Below the pieces are notes generated by a model that saw nothing but the letters and a program-made list of their open reading frames with translations, was not told where the DNA came from and searched no databases. The position numbers and the translations under genes were made by a program. Below are positions 12,708-23,800 of a DNA stretch of 64,000 bases, in pieces (position 1 is the stretch's first letter; every line of letters starts with the position of its first letter). The stretch lies in contig NC_073384.1 of the NCBI RefSeq assembly GCF_028641065.1, positions 37,944,001 through 38,008,000 on the forward strand. Direction: 5' to 3'. This stretch comes from Leucoraja erinacea. Lineage: Eukaryota.

Positions 12708-12723
12708 TGTATACTTTGGGTAT

Positions 12724-13248
12724 TGTGCTGGACCACTTTCTGTTTGCAGATATTAATGCCACCTGCTGGATATTCAGGTTCCTACAGCTTTGGGTTACCT
12801 TTCCTGTTAGGCAGGAAGTGGTCATAAGCCAGGAAGCCCAGCTCAGGGACAGTACCGCATGGTGCACACTGTAATTCTAGTGTGTAATTTCTGCCATCCC
12901 ACCGCACCAGTTTGTTAGACGCATTGTCTGTGAGTAATCATGTTTGTGTAACAGCAGCTTTATACGTTATTGTGCAGCATTGCTATTATTAACAGTTTAG
13001 AATGTTTCATGTGCCCTGGCTGGTTTCTTACATAACAGCATTGTATTTAGTGGTGGCATCATAGTTTATGTTTCTATACCAAGTGTATAACGTTACTAAA
13101 TATGCGGTTTCTCTTTCTGCTTGTATGTTACAGTTTTACAGTTGAAAACAGTAAAGAATCAACAACATCTCATGTCTACGGGTCTTTATTGGATTAATTG
13201 TTTAACTTGCTAGATAGCTGGATAGGGACATCCAGCGAGTCCAGTATA
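12724..13248 (+). repeat. 5' LTR of BEL/Pao element
   Basis: TGTGCTGG...CCAGTATA; direct repeat of 16151-16665. Confidence 0.95.
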
Positions 13249-13325
13249 GTAAAAAGACAGCACCACAGCAAGCTGTACTACAGGGTGGCCCACATCATCA
13301 CATTGCCCGTCCACACCTCAACGCC

Positions 13326-15266
13326 ATGGCAACAAGCAACCAAGACAACGCTTCACAGAATGAAGCCAAGTCCCTCAGCGTTCGTTCGTACTGCTCTGCA
13401 GCCAGCTCAAGTGCTAGCATGGCCGTCCTTAAAGCACGGGCTAAAGCAAAAGCAGCCGAAGCTAGAGCAGCATTCGCTCAGAGAGAGATAGATATGAAGG
13501 TCGAGGCTGCACGTATTCAGGTCGAGGCTGTGCGGATGCAGGCGACCTTAGAGGCCTTGCAGCAAGAGAAAGAGATGGAAGCAGCCATTGCAGAGGCCGA
13601 CACCATAGAAGCAGGTTTATTAGCAGAACAAGGGTCACGTGATAGATCACCGAGCCCTGCTCGCCCTCAAAACCAGCACGAGCGTACTCTGGACTACGTC
13701 ATAGAGCAAGCCAGCATAAAGTCAAGCCAACATGTCACTGATTATGATATCGAGAGTGGTAGCATAGTATTTTGCCCATTGCCGCCCATTCACCAGACCA
13801 AATCTAATCTGGCCAGTTCATTTCATAGTCATCACAATCCCAGTAATGTGCAAGGAAACGTGGAGCATAAATTGGAGGATAGAAAGCCAACGGCAACCTT
13901 TCTGCACAGCGGCTCTAACAACTCTCCTCAAGCCACCAACGATATCAATCCCACCACCATGGACCTCGCCAGATACCTTGCTCGCAGCCAGCTCGTTACA
14001 ACAGGATTGACAACCTTTAACGACAAGCCTGAGAATTACTGGGCTTGGAGATCCTCCTTCCAAAACGCCATAGAAGGCCTGGGCCTTTCACCCAGAGAGG
14101 AGCTCGATCTTTTAGTAAAATGGCTTGGGAAAGAATCCTCGGAGCAGGCAACAAGAATTAAGGCTGTCAACATGAGGAATCCTAAAGCAGGTTTGAAGAT
14201 GGCTTGGCAGAGGCTGGAAGAAACTTATGGTTCACCCGAGTCTATCGAGCATGCCCTCTTTACCAAGCTCGAGAACTTTCCCAGGATCACCATCAAAGAG
14301 CCATACAAGCTACGTGAGCTCGGGGACCTTCTGTCAGAAATCGAAGCGGCAAAGGCTGATGGGTATCTACCTGGTTTGTCTTACCTCGATACCTCCAGGG
14401 GAGTTGCACCGATTGTTGGGAAGCTTCCTTATAACATCCAGGAAAAGTGGACTGAATTTGGATCCAATTATAAACGCCGCCACTGCATCTCTTTCCCCCC
14501 ATTTAAAGTGTTTGCCAACTTTATCCGTGCGGAGGCAAAAACCAGAACGGATCCCAGCTTCAATCTTTGCCTCTCTCGTCCAGCAATCGTCCAGAGGGAT
14601 AACATAGAGAGACATGGTAAAACTCTCGTCTCCGTCCACAGGACACAAGCATCTCCAACAACTCCTGAGACACAGAAATCCAGTGACCCATCAAAGCAGT
14701 GTCCCATTCATGCCAAGATTCATCCATTAAAGAAGTGCAGAGCCTTCAGAGAAAAGAGCCTGGAAGACCGCAAACACTTCCTTAAGGAACATTCCATTTG
14801 TTTCCGCTGCTGCTCCCCCACAAGTCATTTCGCCAAGAACTGCACAGCAGAAGTGAAATGTACCGAGTGCAACAGTGACAGACACCTCTCCGCTCTACAT
14901 CCAGGCCCAGCCCCCTGGAAGTCCGAGCCATCTCCCCCCGCATCCGAGCATGGCGGGGAGGAAGAGGTAGCAGTAAACCAGGAGATCACCTCCACATGCA
15001 CGGAGGTGTGCGGTGATGGGGTCAGCGCGAGAGCATCCGCTAAGATATGTCTCATCTCAGTCTATCCAGAAGGACGTCGCCAAGAGGCACGCAGGATGTA
15101 CGCCATCTTAGATGAACAGAGCAACCGCTCTCTTGCAACATCCGAGTTTTTCAATATCTTTGGGGTTAAAGGCAATCTTAAGCCATATTCACTGCGGACA
15201 TGTGCCGGGCTCAAGCAGACTGCAGGTAGAAACAGCCTGCGGTTACATGGTGGAGTCTGTGGATGA
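13326..15266 (+). CDS. BEL/Pao Gag and start of aspartic protease (646-codon ORF)
   Basis: Coiled-coil N-terminus; DUF1759-like core (FNDKPENYWAWRSSF); three BEL-type zinc knuckles (CPIH...HPLKKC, CFRCC...HFAKNC, CTECNSDRHLSALH); protease motif YAILDEQS; frameshift near 15230. Confidence 0.9.
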   Translation: MATSNQDNASQNEAKSLSVRSYCSAASSSASMAVLKARAKAKAAEARAAFAQREIDMKVEAARIQVEAVRMQATLEALQQEKEMEAAIAEADTIEAGLLAEQGSRDRSPSPARPQNQHERTLDYVIEQASIKSSQHVTDYDIESGSIVFCPLPPIHQTKSNLASSFHSHHNPSNVQGNVEHKLEDRKPTATFLHSGSNNSPQATNDINPTTMDLARYLARSQLVTTGLTTFNDKPENYWAWRSSFQNAIEGLGLSPREELDLLVKWLGKESSEQATRIKAVNMRNPKAGLKMAWQRLEETYGSPESIEHALFTKLENFPRITIKEPYKLRELGDLLSEIEAAKADGYLPGLSYLDTSRGVAPIVGKLPYNIQEKWTEFGSNYKRRHCISFPPFKVFANFIRAEAKTRTDPSFNLCLSRPAIVQRDNIERHGKTLVSVHRTQASPTTPETQKSSDPSKQCPIHAKIHPLKKCRAFREKSLEDRKHFLKEHSICFRCCSPTSHFAKNCTAEVKCTECNSDRHLSALHPGPAPWKSEPSPPASEHGGEEEVAVNQEITSTCTEVCGDGVSARASAKICLISVYPEGRRQEARRMYAILDEQSNRSLATSEFFNIFGVKGNLKPYSLRTCAGLKQTAGRNSLRLHGGVCG

Positions 15267-16090
15267 GAAGACATTGCTCCCTCTTCCTCCACTCCTAGAA
15301 TGCAATCAAGTGCCTAACAACCGTGCCGAGATCCCCACTCCCAACATTGCGCTTCACCACAGCCACCTCAGATGCATTGCCAACGCGATTCCTCCACTGG
15401 ACCCAAACGCCAAAATACTGCTCCTATTGGGAAGAGATATTCTGCAGGTGCATAAAGTGAGGAAACTAATTAACGGTCCCAACAATGCCCCGTACGCCCA
15501 GAAGCTGGATCTGGGATGGGTAGTTGTTGGCGATGTAGGTATTGGTGGAGCACATAGACCTACCCAAGCGGAGGGACGTGTTCCAGGGTCTACAGATGCG
15601 ACAGATTCCACGGCCCTACACCACATTCTCAAAGTTGAGCATGCTACAACAGGAGCTCTATCTGTTCTCGGACGCATCTGGCAAGCCAAGATACGCAGTT
15701 GCCTATCCGAGGGTCATCATCGAAGACGGAATAACGGAGGTGGGCTTCATCTTTGGCAAAGCAAAGCTAGCAACCCAGCCAGAGCTCACTATTCCAAGAC
15801 TAGAATCGTGCGCAGCGGTCTTGGCTGTCAAAATCGCAGAGACGATTGCGAAGGAGATGGACGACATCCCCTACCACACGGACGGCAAAGTAGTACTGGG
15901 GTACATCTGTAACCGATCGAGGCGATTTACACATGCGTCCACAGCCGTATCCAACGCATCCATCAGTTTTCACCACCTCATCAGTGGAGGTTCGTTCCCA
16001 CGCACGACATCCCAGCTGACTCCGGGGCACGGTCCGTCCCAGAAGCTCTAGGTCTGCCCAATCACCGAAATGGTTCTCCTCCTGTCTCCC
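15230..16090 (+). pseudogene. Degenerate BEL pol remnants: protease end, RNase H fragment, last codons of integrase
   Basis: LLLLGRDI...LGWVVVG; ELYLFSDAS...AVAY...FGKAKLA...TIPRLE; PITEMVLLLS; no RT motif. Confidence 0.85.
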
Positions 16091-16150
16091 GAGGACTCTG
16101 AGGGTTAAATGGGAAATGTACATGGGGTCTGGGAGACCCCAGGCGGGGAG

Positions 16151-16665
16151 TGTGCTGGACCACTTTCTGTTTGCAGATATTAATGCCACCTGCTGGATGT
16201 TCAGGTTCCTACAGCTTTGGGTTACCTTTCCTGTTAGGCAGGAAGTGGTCATAAGCCAGGAAGCCCAGCTCAGGGACAGTACCGCATGGTGCACACTGTA
16301 ATTCTAGTGTGTAATTTCTGCCATCCCACCGCACCAGTTTGTTAGACGCATTGTCTGTGAGTAATCATGTTTGTGTAACAGCAGCTTTATACGTTATTGT
16401 GCAGCATTGCTATTATTAACAGTTAAGAATGTTTCATGTGCCCTGGCTGGTTTCTTACATAACAGCATTGTATTTAGTGGTGGCATGTTTCTATACCAAG
16501 TGTATAACGTTACTAAATATGCGGTTTCTCTTTCTGCTTCTATGTTACAGTTTTACAGTTGAAAACAGTAAAGAATCAACAACATCTCATGTCTACGGGT
16601 CTTTATTGGATTAATTGTTTAACTTGCTAGATAGCTGGATAGGGACATCCAGCGAGTCCAGTATA
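16151..16665 (+). repeat. 3' LTR of BEL/Pao element
   Basis: Copy of 12724-13248 with about 3 substitutions and one 10-nt indel (by eye). Confidence 0.95.
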
Positions 16666-16980
16666 GGTATGCAGCAAAGAATTTCACTGTGCCTAGTCAC
16701 ATATGACAAGAAAGTATTCCATTCCATCTACAGTTCCTTCCTTCACATTTTGAAGAAGGGTCCTGACCCAAAACGTCACCAATCCTTTTTCTGCTGAGAT
16801 GCTGCCTGCCCACTGGGTTACTCCAGCACTTTGAGTTTATTTAACATTCTGGTAAACCTCTTCTGCACCTTCTCCACCAAATCCTTCCTACAACGAGGGG
16901 GCGACCAGAATTGTATATAACTTCACACATTCTGGTTGGCTGAGGTTACCTATTGTTCCCAACCCCAAGAAGATTTGAAC

Positions 16981-16992
16981 CAAAGATCTTTG
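16981..16992. mobile_element. 12-bp palindrome CAAAGATCTTTG with 8-bp TSD (collapsed micro-MITE or footprint)
   Basis: ATTTGAAC (16973-16980) / CAAAGATCTTTG / ATTTGAAC (16993-17000); same termini as 17370-17407. Confidence 0.7.
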
Positions 16993-17000
16993 ATTTGAAC

Positions 17001-17110
17001 CTCGCGCCGCCGCCCGCGACGTCATCACGCAACGTGGATTTGGGTGGGGGCGGTAGTGCGCCTGCGCCCCGCCGGTCGGCTTCACCGCGAAAGGATCTTT
17101 GGGCTGCACC
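17001..17110 (+). promoter_or_regulatory. SERAC1: SERAC1 CpG-island promoter / 5' UTR
   Basis: CpG-rich; CRE-like GACGTCA ~17018; GC box GGGGCGG 17047-17053; NRF1-like GCGCCTGCGC 17058-17067; Kozak GCACC-ATG. Confidence 0.7.
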
Positions 17111-17219
17111 ATGTCGCTGCGTGCGCGTTGTGTGTGCGTGTGCTGCAGCCGGGGGCTGGTCGCCGGCATCCCCGCCACCCACCCCCACCCTCGCCCTCGC
17201 TCTCGCTGGACACGCCTCA
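17111..17219 (+). CDS. SERAC1: SERAC1 coding exon 1
   Basis: MSLRARCVCVCCSRGL...RWTRL resembles human N-terminus MSLAAYCVICCRR; donor A|GTAAGA, phase 1. Confidence 0.85.
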
Positions 17220-17369
17220 GTAAGACCGACATCCGCATCTTTGTTTTGTTTACTGTCCGCAGCAGGCTTTGTTGGGGGGTGAGGAGTGGACTCGGTGCTT
17301 TGGAGCATGAGGGGGATGCAGTTGCCCCGCTGTGGAGGGCCCCATGCTGGGCATTGGGGCAGTTGCAGC

Positions 17370-17407
17370 CAAAGATCCTATAGCAGAGCTCTGCTATAGG
17401 ATCTTTG
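17370..17407. mobile_element. 38-bp perfect palindrome with 8-bp TSD (TIR-only hAT-like micro-MITE)
   Basis: CAAAGATCCTATAGCAGAG|CTCTGCTATAGGATCTTTG flanked by GTTGCAGC (17362-17369, 17408-17415). Confidence 0.85.
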
Positions 17408-19371
17408 GTTGCAGCCGCCGGGACAGCCTGCAAACTCTTGGGCCTGCATTGGTTTTGCCTCGGGATTTATGTGTGGCAGGTCTGCAACACATTGTTTTCG
17501 TTCTGAGCTGATTTTTTTGCTTAGTAGGCACATTATAACTACGCCTGATTGGAGAACATAGAACAACATAGAAAAGCACAGCTGCCCCGTTGAGTTTCTT
17601 CAGCAACTAATTATTTTGGCTCAAGATTTCAGCACCTTCAATCTCTTAGACCATACCATAGAGGAACAGACCCTTTAGTTCAGTTCATTCTTATCACGTG
17701 AACTGGGGTACAGTGGCAAATAATAAACTAAAAGGCCTGTTCCTGTTGGCCCATAATTTCTGTGCCAAACATAAATAATCCAAGTTCTAATCCAATAATC
17801 CCAAATTAAACTAATTTCAGACAAATGTAGAAAAATACAGGTGGTGTTTATACCAAAGATAGACACAAAGCTGGAGTAACTCAGCAGGACAGGCAGCATT
17901 CCTGACCCTTGAACAAATCTCATATCCTTCTACTCCACCTATCCATGTGCCCATCTCAAAATTTCAAGTGCCATTGTTGTATGCATCCATCACCACTCTT
18001 GGCAGTGCATTCTGCACCCACCACCCTCTGGAAAAGAAACGTTTCTCTGCACACTTCCTTTAATCTTTGTTGCTCTTACCTTAACCTGTGCTCTGTAGTG
18101 ATTAACATTTCTGACTGCTTACCACATCTACGCCTCTCATAATTTTTTTAACCTCAATCGGGTCTCCTCTCAACTTTAGGCGTTCTAGAGAAAACAATCC
18201 AAGTTTGGATCCAAGCTATCTCATTGTAACTAATACCCCCCTCCCCCCCAAGGGATCATTCTGGTAGACCTCATTACAGAAATGAAAACCAATAGTCTGG
18301 AAAACCTGCTGATGTGGCAGCACCAAAGTCCTGGGTTTACTAGATCATCAGAATTTTATTGCATGCTAGACCACATCATTTTCCTCCTGTTTTCAAGTTC
18401 ATTACTTGCAGCCCAGTAAAGCATAAGTTCATTGTAGATTAACTACCGGTACATGTTAATGTGACAAATAATTCAATTAACTTGTCATTTTATCAAAAAA
18501 AAAAAATTTCTCTTGGGAAGTACATTACTAGCCATGTTTGATGCAAGTATTTCTTTACAGTCTCAATTGTTTGCATATTTTAAGATGGTAAAACAAATAA
18601 TAATTAATGTTCTACTTAAGTCAATTTTACAGGCACACAGTCTGACAATGCACAACAAGACTAAACATAAAGTACACACAATTCTGAGTAGAAAAAAAAA
18701 GTACTGCAAAAGATTTAAAAAAAAACATTAATGCAAAACACAGTAAACAGGTACGGCCATGGTAATGCAAGTGGTGGTCCATAGTGTTCCTTTGTCACCG
18801 TTCAATTAGGGTTGTGTGGGTGGGTTTCTGAAGCTGATGGGTGTACAGCTGATAGCATGACTTGAAGTCATGCATGCATGGTGGAGCATGACTTCATGCT
18901 TCTGTACGGCCTCCTCGGTAGTACCAGTCAAAGAGAGCATGACCTGGATGGTGAGGGTCTTTGATAGATGCTGCTTTCTTGAGGCAGCACCTCTTGTCGA
19001 TGCTATTTATGGAGGGGAAGACTGCCAGTCATGCAGCCTCTGTACATTCCTGTATTGTGGGAATTGCCATTCAAGGGCATGATGCAGCCAGTTCTCCCCC
19101 CCCCCCCACCCCCCATCACTGAAGAAGGGTCCTGACCCACAACGCCCAAAGATGCTGCCTGACCTGCTGAGTTACTCTGGCAATTTGCCTTTTTTTTTTA
19201 TGGAACCTGCAAGGATACCTTCTAGGCAAAATTTGATCAATTCAGAATTAGCAAACTTCGTACTTCGGAATGATTACCTTTTGTGCGGGCAGTATTTATC
19301 TCTAATTCATGACTTGAAACTCTACTCACTAGTGTGCAACATTCTGAATTGCACTGTTTCTACTTTGACAG

Positions 19372-19408
19372 AAAAAATCGGAAGATATGCTCTCCCGGTC
19401 GTTGTGGG
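19372..19408 (+). CDS. SERAC1: SERAC1 coding exon 2
   Basis: 37 nt, KKIGRYALPVVVG; acag acceptor and gtaagt donor; phases fit both neighbours. Confidence 0.85.
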
Positions 19409-19545
19409 GTAAGTGTTGCTTCTGTGAGAATGGATGTAGAGCCATTTTTTTCAAGTTATTCTGTGGAGGGGCCAATAGTGTAGAGAAAGCAAGGACTCTG
19501 CAGAAGGACTTGGTCAGGTTAGGAGAGTGGGCAGAGAAGTAATGA

Positions 19546-20885
19546 ACAATAGACAATAGGTGCAGGAGTAGGCCATTCGGCCCTTCGAGCCAGCACTGCC
19601 TTTCAATGTGATCATGGCTGATCATCCCCAATCAGTACCCCGTTCCTGCCCTCTCCCCATATCACCTGACTCCGCTATCTTCAAGAGCCCTATCTAGTTC
19701 TCCCTTGAAAGTGTCCAGAGAACTGGCCTCCTCCACCCTCTGAGGCAGAGAATTCCACAGACTCACAACTCTCTGTGTGCAAAGGTTTTTCCTCATTTCC
19801 GTTTTAAATGGCTTACCCCTTATTCTTAAACAGTGGCCCCTGGTTCTGGACTCCCCCCAACATCGTGAAACATGTTTCCTACCTCTAGCATGTCCAACCA
19901 TTAATAATCTTATTTGTTTCAATAAGATCCCCTGTCATCTTTCTAAACTCCAGAGTATACAAGCCCAGCCGCTCCATTCTCTCAGCATATGACCCGCCAT
20001 CCCGGGAATTAACCTTGTAAACCTACTCTGCACTCCCTCAATAGCAATAATGTCCTTCCTCAATTAGGGGACCAAAACTGCACAGAATACTTCAAGTATG
20101 GTCTCACTAGGGCCCTGTACAACTGCAGAAGGACCTCTTTGGTCCTATACTCAACTCCTCCTATTATGAATGCCAGCATGCCATTCACTTTCTTCACTGA
20201 CGGCTGTACCTGCATGCTTACTTTCATTAACTGATGAACAAGGACCCCCAGAACCCGTTGTACTTCCCCTTTTCCCAACTTGACACCATTTAGACTAATC
20301 TGCCTTTCTGTTTTTGCTACCAAAGTGGATAACCTCACATTTATCCACATAAAACTGCATCTGTCATGCATCTGCCCACTCACCCAACCTGTCCAAGTCA
20401 CCCTGCATTCTCATAGCGCCCTCTTCACTGTTCACACTGCCACCCAGCTTTGTGTCATCTGCAAATTTGCTAATGTTACTTTGAATCCCTTCATCTAAAT
20501 CATTGAAGTACATTATAAATAGCTGCGGTCCCAGCACCGAGCCTTGCTATACCCCACTAGTCACTGCCTGCCATTCTGAAAGGGACCCGTTAATCCCTAC
20601 TCTTTGTTCTGCCAACCAATTTTCTATCCATGTCAGCCTTCTACCCCCAATACCACGTGCCCTAATTTTGCCCACTAATCTCTTATGTGGGACCTTATCA
20701 AATTGCTTTCTGAAAGTCCAGGTACACTACATCCACTGGCTCTCCCTTGTCCATTTTCCTAGTTATATCCTCAAAAAATTCCAGAAGATTAGTCGAGCAT
20801 AATTTCCCATTTCGTATATCCATGCTGACTCGGACCGATCCTGTTACTGGTATCCAAATGTGCCGCTATTTCATCTTTTATGATT
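19546..20885 (-). mobile_element. CR1 LINE fragment inserted in reverse into an older plus-strand CR1
   Basis: Minus-strand RT-like peptides (ORFs 20060-20401, 19662-19922) and ATTGTCT tail at 19546-19560; plus-strand CR1 at 19420-19540 resumes at ~20896. Confidence 0.88.
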
Positions 20886-20895
20886 GTCTCTTATG

Positions 20896-23800
20896 AGTAC
20901 ATTGTAGCAAAGTGTGGAGTCAGGCATTTTGGTAATAGGAATAAAGGCGTAGACTATTTTTTAAATGGGGAGAGAATTCACAAATCGGAGGTGCAAAGGG
21001 ACTTGGGAGTGGTGGTGCAGGATTCCAAAAAGGTTAATTTGAAAGACAAATTGGTAGAAAGGAAGGCATAAGCAATGTGAGCATTTATTTTGAGAGGAAT
21101 AGAATATAAAAACAGATGTAATGCTGAGGCTTCATAACGCATCGGTCAGACCGCATTTGGAATATTGTGAGCAGTTTTGGGCTCCATCTCTGAGGATGGA
21201 TGTGCTGGCGTTGAGGATCCAGGGGGGTTTTACGAAAATGATCCCAGGAATGAGTGGGTTGACATATGATGAAAATTTGACGGCACTAGGTCTGTATTTG
21301 CTGGAGATTAGAAGGATGAGTGGGTCCTCATTGCAACTTACTGAATATTGAAAGGCTAAGATAGATTGGATGTGGAGTGGATGTTTTCACTTGTGGGAAA
21401 GTCTAGGAGCAGAGACCAAAGCCTTAGAATAAAAGGATGTACCTTTAGAAAGATGAGGAGGAATTTCTTTAGTCAGAGGGTGGTGAATCTGATGAAGCCA
21501 AATAAAGTTACAAAAATAAGAAAAAATTAAAATAGGTTTCAGGGCTAGCTTACAGTTTACATTTAGTGTCAAATTAGGCTTGTCTAAGGTTGTGGGGTGT
21601 GGGAGATAATAAATCCTATAACATTGTCTTCCAAGTGACAGGCAGAGAGAGAAGGAGATAAAGATATCTTTGAAGTAGAGATCAAATGACCAATGTTTAT
21701 GGGGAGGAGGCAATAAAGGAAGACGAGGAATAGGCAGTCACATCTTTGTAAACAAATGACCTATGTTTATGAGGGACCAAATGACAGAGGAAGCAGCGAA
21801 GAGAGCTAGGGTGGTCTATTTGGAGATAAAACAAATGGACAATGTTTTTAGTATATCTTGTACCATGTAAAAAAAAGGTTTGATGTGATGCATTCTGTGG
21901 AAACCTTTTCCAGTACTTCTGACCATGACTAATGTCTGTGGAATGTGATAAGGGGACAAAAAAACCTATTTAAAGCAATGTAATTCTGTTGTTCAGGGAA
22001 GGTGACTGAGCACAGTCAAGTGTCTGTGTTGGTCACTTGACTGGAGTTCTCCCTCCCTTCCATCGGCCGATGTTAAGTAAAGTTTTGAACTGGTCTACCA
22101 AACCGTTTGTGTGGTGTCTGTTTATTAAGAAGCGAACCTGGTTTAGTTGTTATAACAGTAACTTTTTCATTGGCGTAGTTATGCAGGCCTCGCTGGGACC
22201 ACATCAACGGCTGACTGTGCAAGAGGTTGCGGAGGTTGCCGGGATTGGAAGGGAGATAACTGAGCTCTATCGGCCCCCTTGTAAGACCGACTCCCTAGAA
22301 ACTCCCGGGAACATCTGTGATCCTTCATCAGAGGTTGAATTGGTTCCCTGCCGAGGTTCTTAGACACAGACGAAGGTAAGACCAGTTGGGCTTTATATGG
22401 TTTTTTTTTAAGAAGGGATATTGTGTATGTATTTTTAAGACAGAATTGTGCATGTATTTTTAAGAATGGCTTATGTATATTGTTAAGACGGACTTGAGCG
22501 GTTCCTCTCTCTCTCTGTCTATCTCTCTTTGTTTTCTTTTTTTCTCTCTCTACTAAGGGCTCATCAGCCTTGTTGAGATATCCGTGATTTGTCGGGTTGA
22601 GATACGGGGGTTGAGGTGTGTGTCTGGCTTATTGAGACATCCGAAGAGTAGTCGGGTTGAGAAATAAGTGACGTTGTATATTACAGTATTAAGAAGTCTG
22701 CCAAGTTGAAAAGAAACTGGGGTCTCGGTTAGCGGGTCTGCTTCGTTGAGACACTTGGGTCGTATATTAAGGAGTTAAAAAGTCAGCCAAATTGAGAAAC
22801 TGGGGTCTCATTTAGTGGGTCGGCCTGGTTGATATATTTGGAACGATTCGGAATTACGAAGTCTGTTTTCTCTCTCTTTCTATCTATCTATGGGGAATGC
22901 TCTGGATACCAGTCCTATATATGTGTTATTTGAATCCTATGTATAATAAGAAATTTAGCATGTTAAGTTACAAGTTGACCAAATGGTTAGGGGATGAAGC
23001 CTGGCCTGTAGGGGGCACATGGAATGTCGAGACAATTAAACAAGCAGAGGTGTTGATATGGGAAAGGAAGACAGGAACCCACTAGAAAGCCGATTTAAAA
23101 TAGACTTTAATTTACAGCAATTGAACACTTATTGATTACTGATTCTGAATGAGTTCTTTTGGGAAAGATTGTTTTGATATGATAACAGAGGCTGTCTTTT
23201 AAAATGCTAATGAAGCAAGATTACTGTTTTCAAGCAAACAAAAAGATGTTGAAGCATGTGCTGTGTGAGTGAAATGAAGGTAGATGAAAAATGGTCTTGT
23301 GACTTAAAAAAGGAGGTTTGAGGGAACTCACAATGAGGGATAAAAGGTGAGAAGATAAAGTAGATTGGGGAAGAGAACATATTTGGAGAATTGAATGTTT
23401 AGGTGGGGAGAGCCTCTTCGGAGATAATCGGATTAAAGAATAAATTCACAGGGAAGTGTTAAGAAGGAACTGGAGATACTGAAGGATCAAAGGAGGACAA
23501 AAGTGCTGGTGAAACTAAGCTGGTGAACAAGATTTACAACTTTTTATTGCCCCTGGAGAGTGGGGGGAAGCCACCAACAGGCCCTGGGCAATTAACTAAT
23601 TATGTATGGTCGGCAATTAACCCATGTCTTGCCAGATCTACATTCCCAGGTTGGAGGAGCTTTGCTGGGAGCCATAAAAGCTATACGATGACGGGGGTGC
23701 TGGGACAAGAAGAAATTGAGACTGTTGAAAGAACAACCAAGTGTTGCTAATAACATGAACTGCTGTAAAGATGAAAGATCATCGTCGCTGGATACATTTG

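Larger units (their letters stand above)
12724..16665 (+). mobile_element. BEL/Pao LTR retrotransposon, internally deleted (RT and most of integrase missing)
   Basis: LTRs 12724-13248 and 16151-16665 near-identical; 5-bp TSD GGTAT (12719-12723, 16666-16670); PPT GGCGGGGAG before the 3' LTR. Confidence 0.95.

Noticed and set aside
15222-15240. Programmed gag-pol frameshift
   Set aside because: The shift falls inside the protease (one extra A in AGAAACAGCC), there is no slippery heptamer, and BEL elements normally have one ORF; a mutation or base error is more likely
13326-15266. 646-aa ORF as a domesticated host gene
   Set aside because: It lies between near-identical LTRs with an intact TSD and PPT, so it is a young transposon gag
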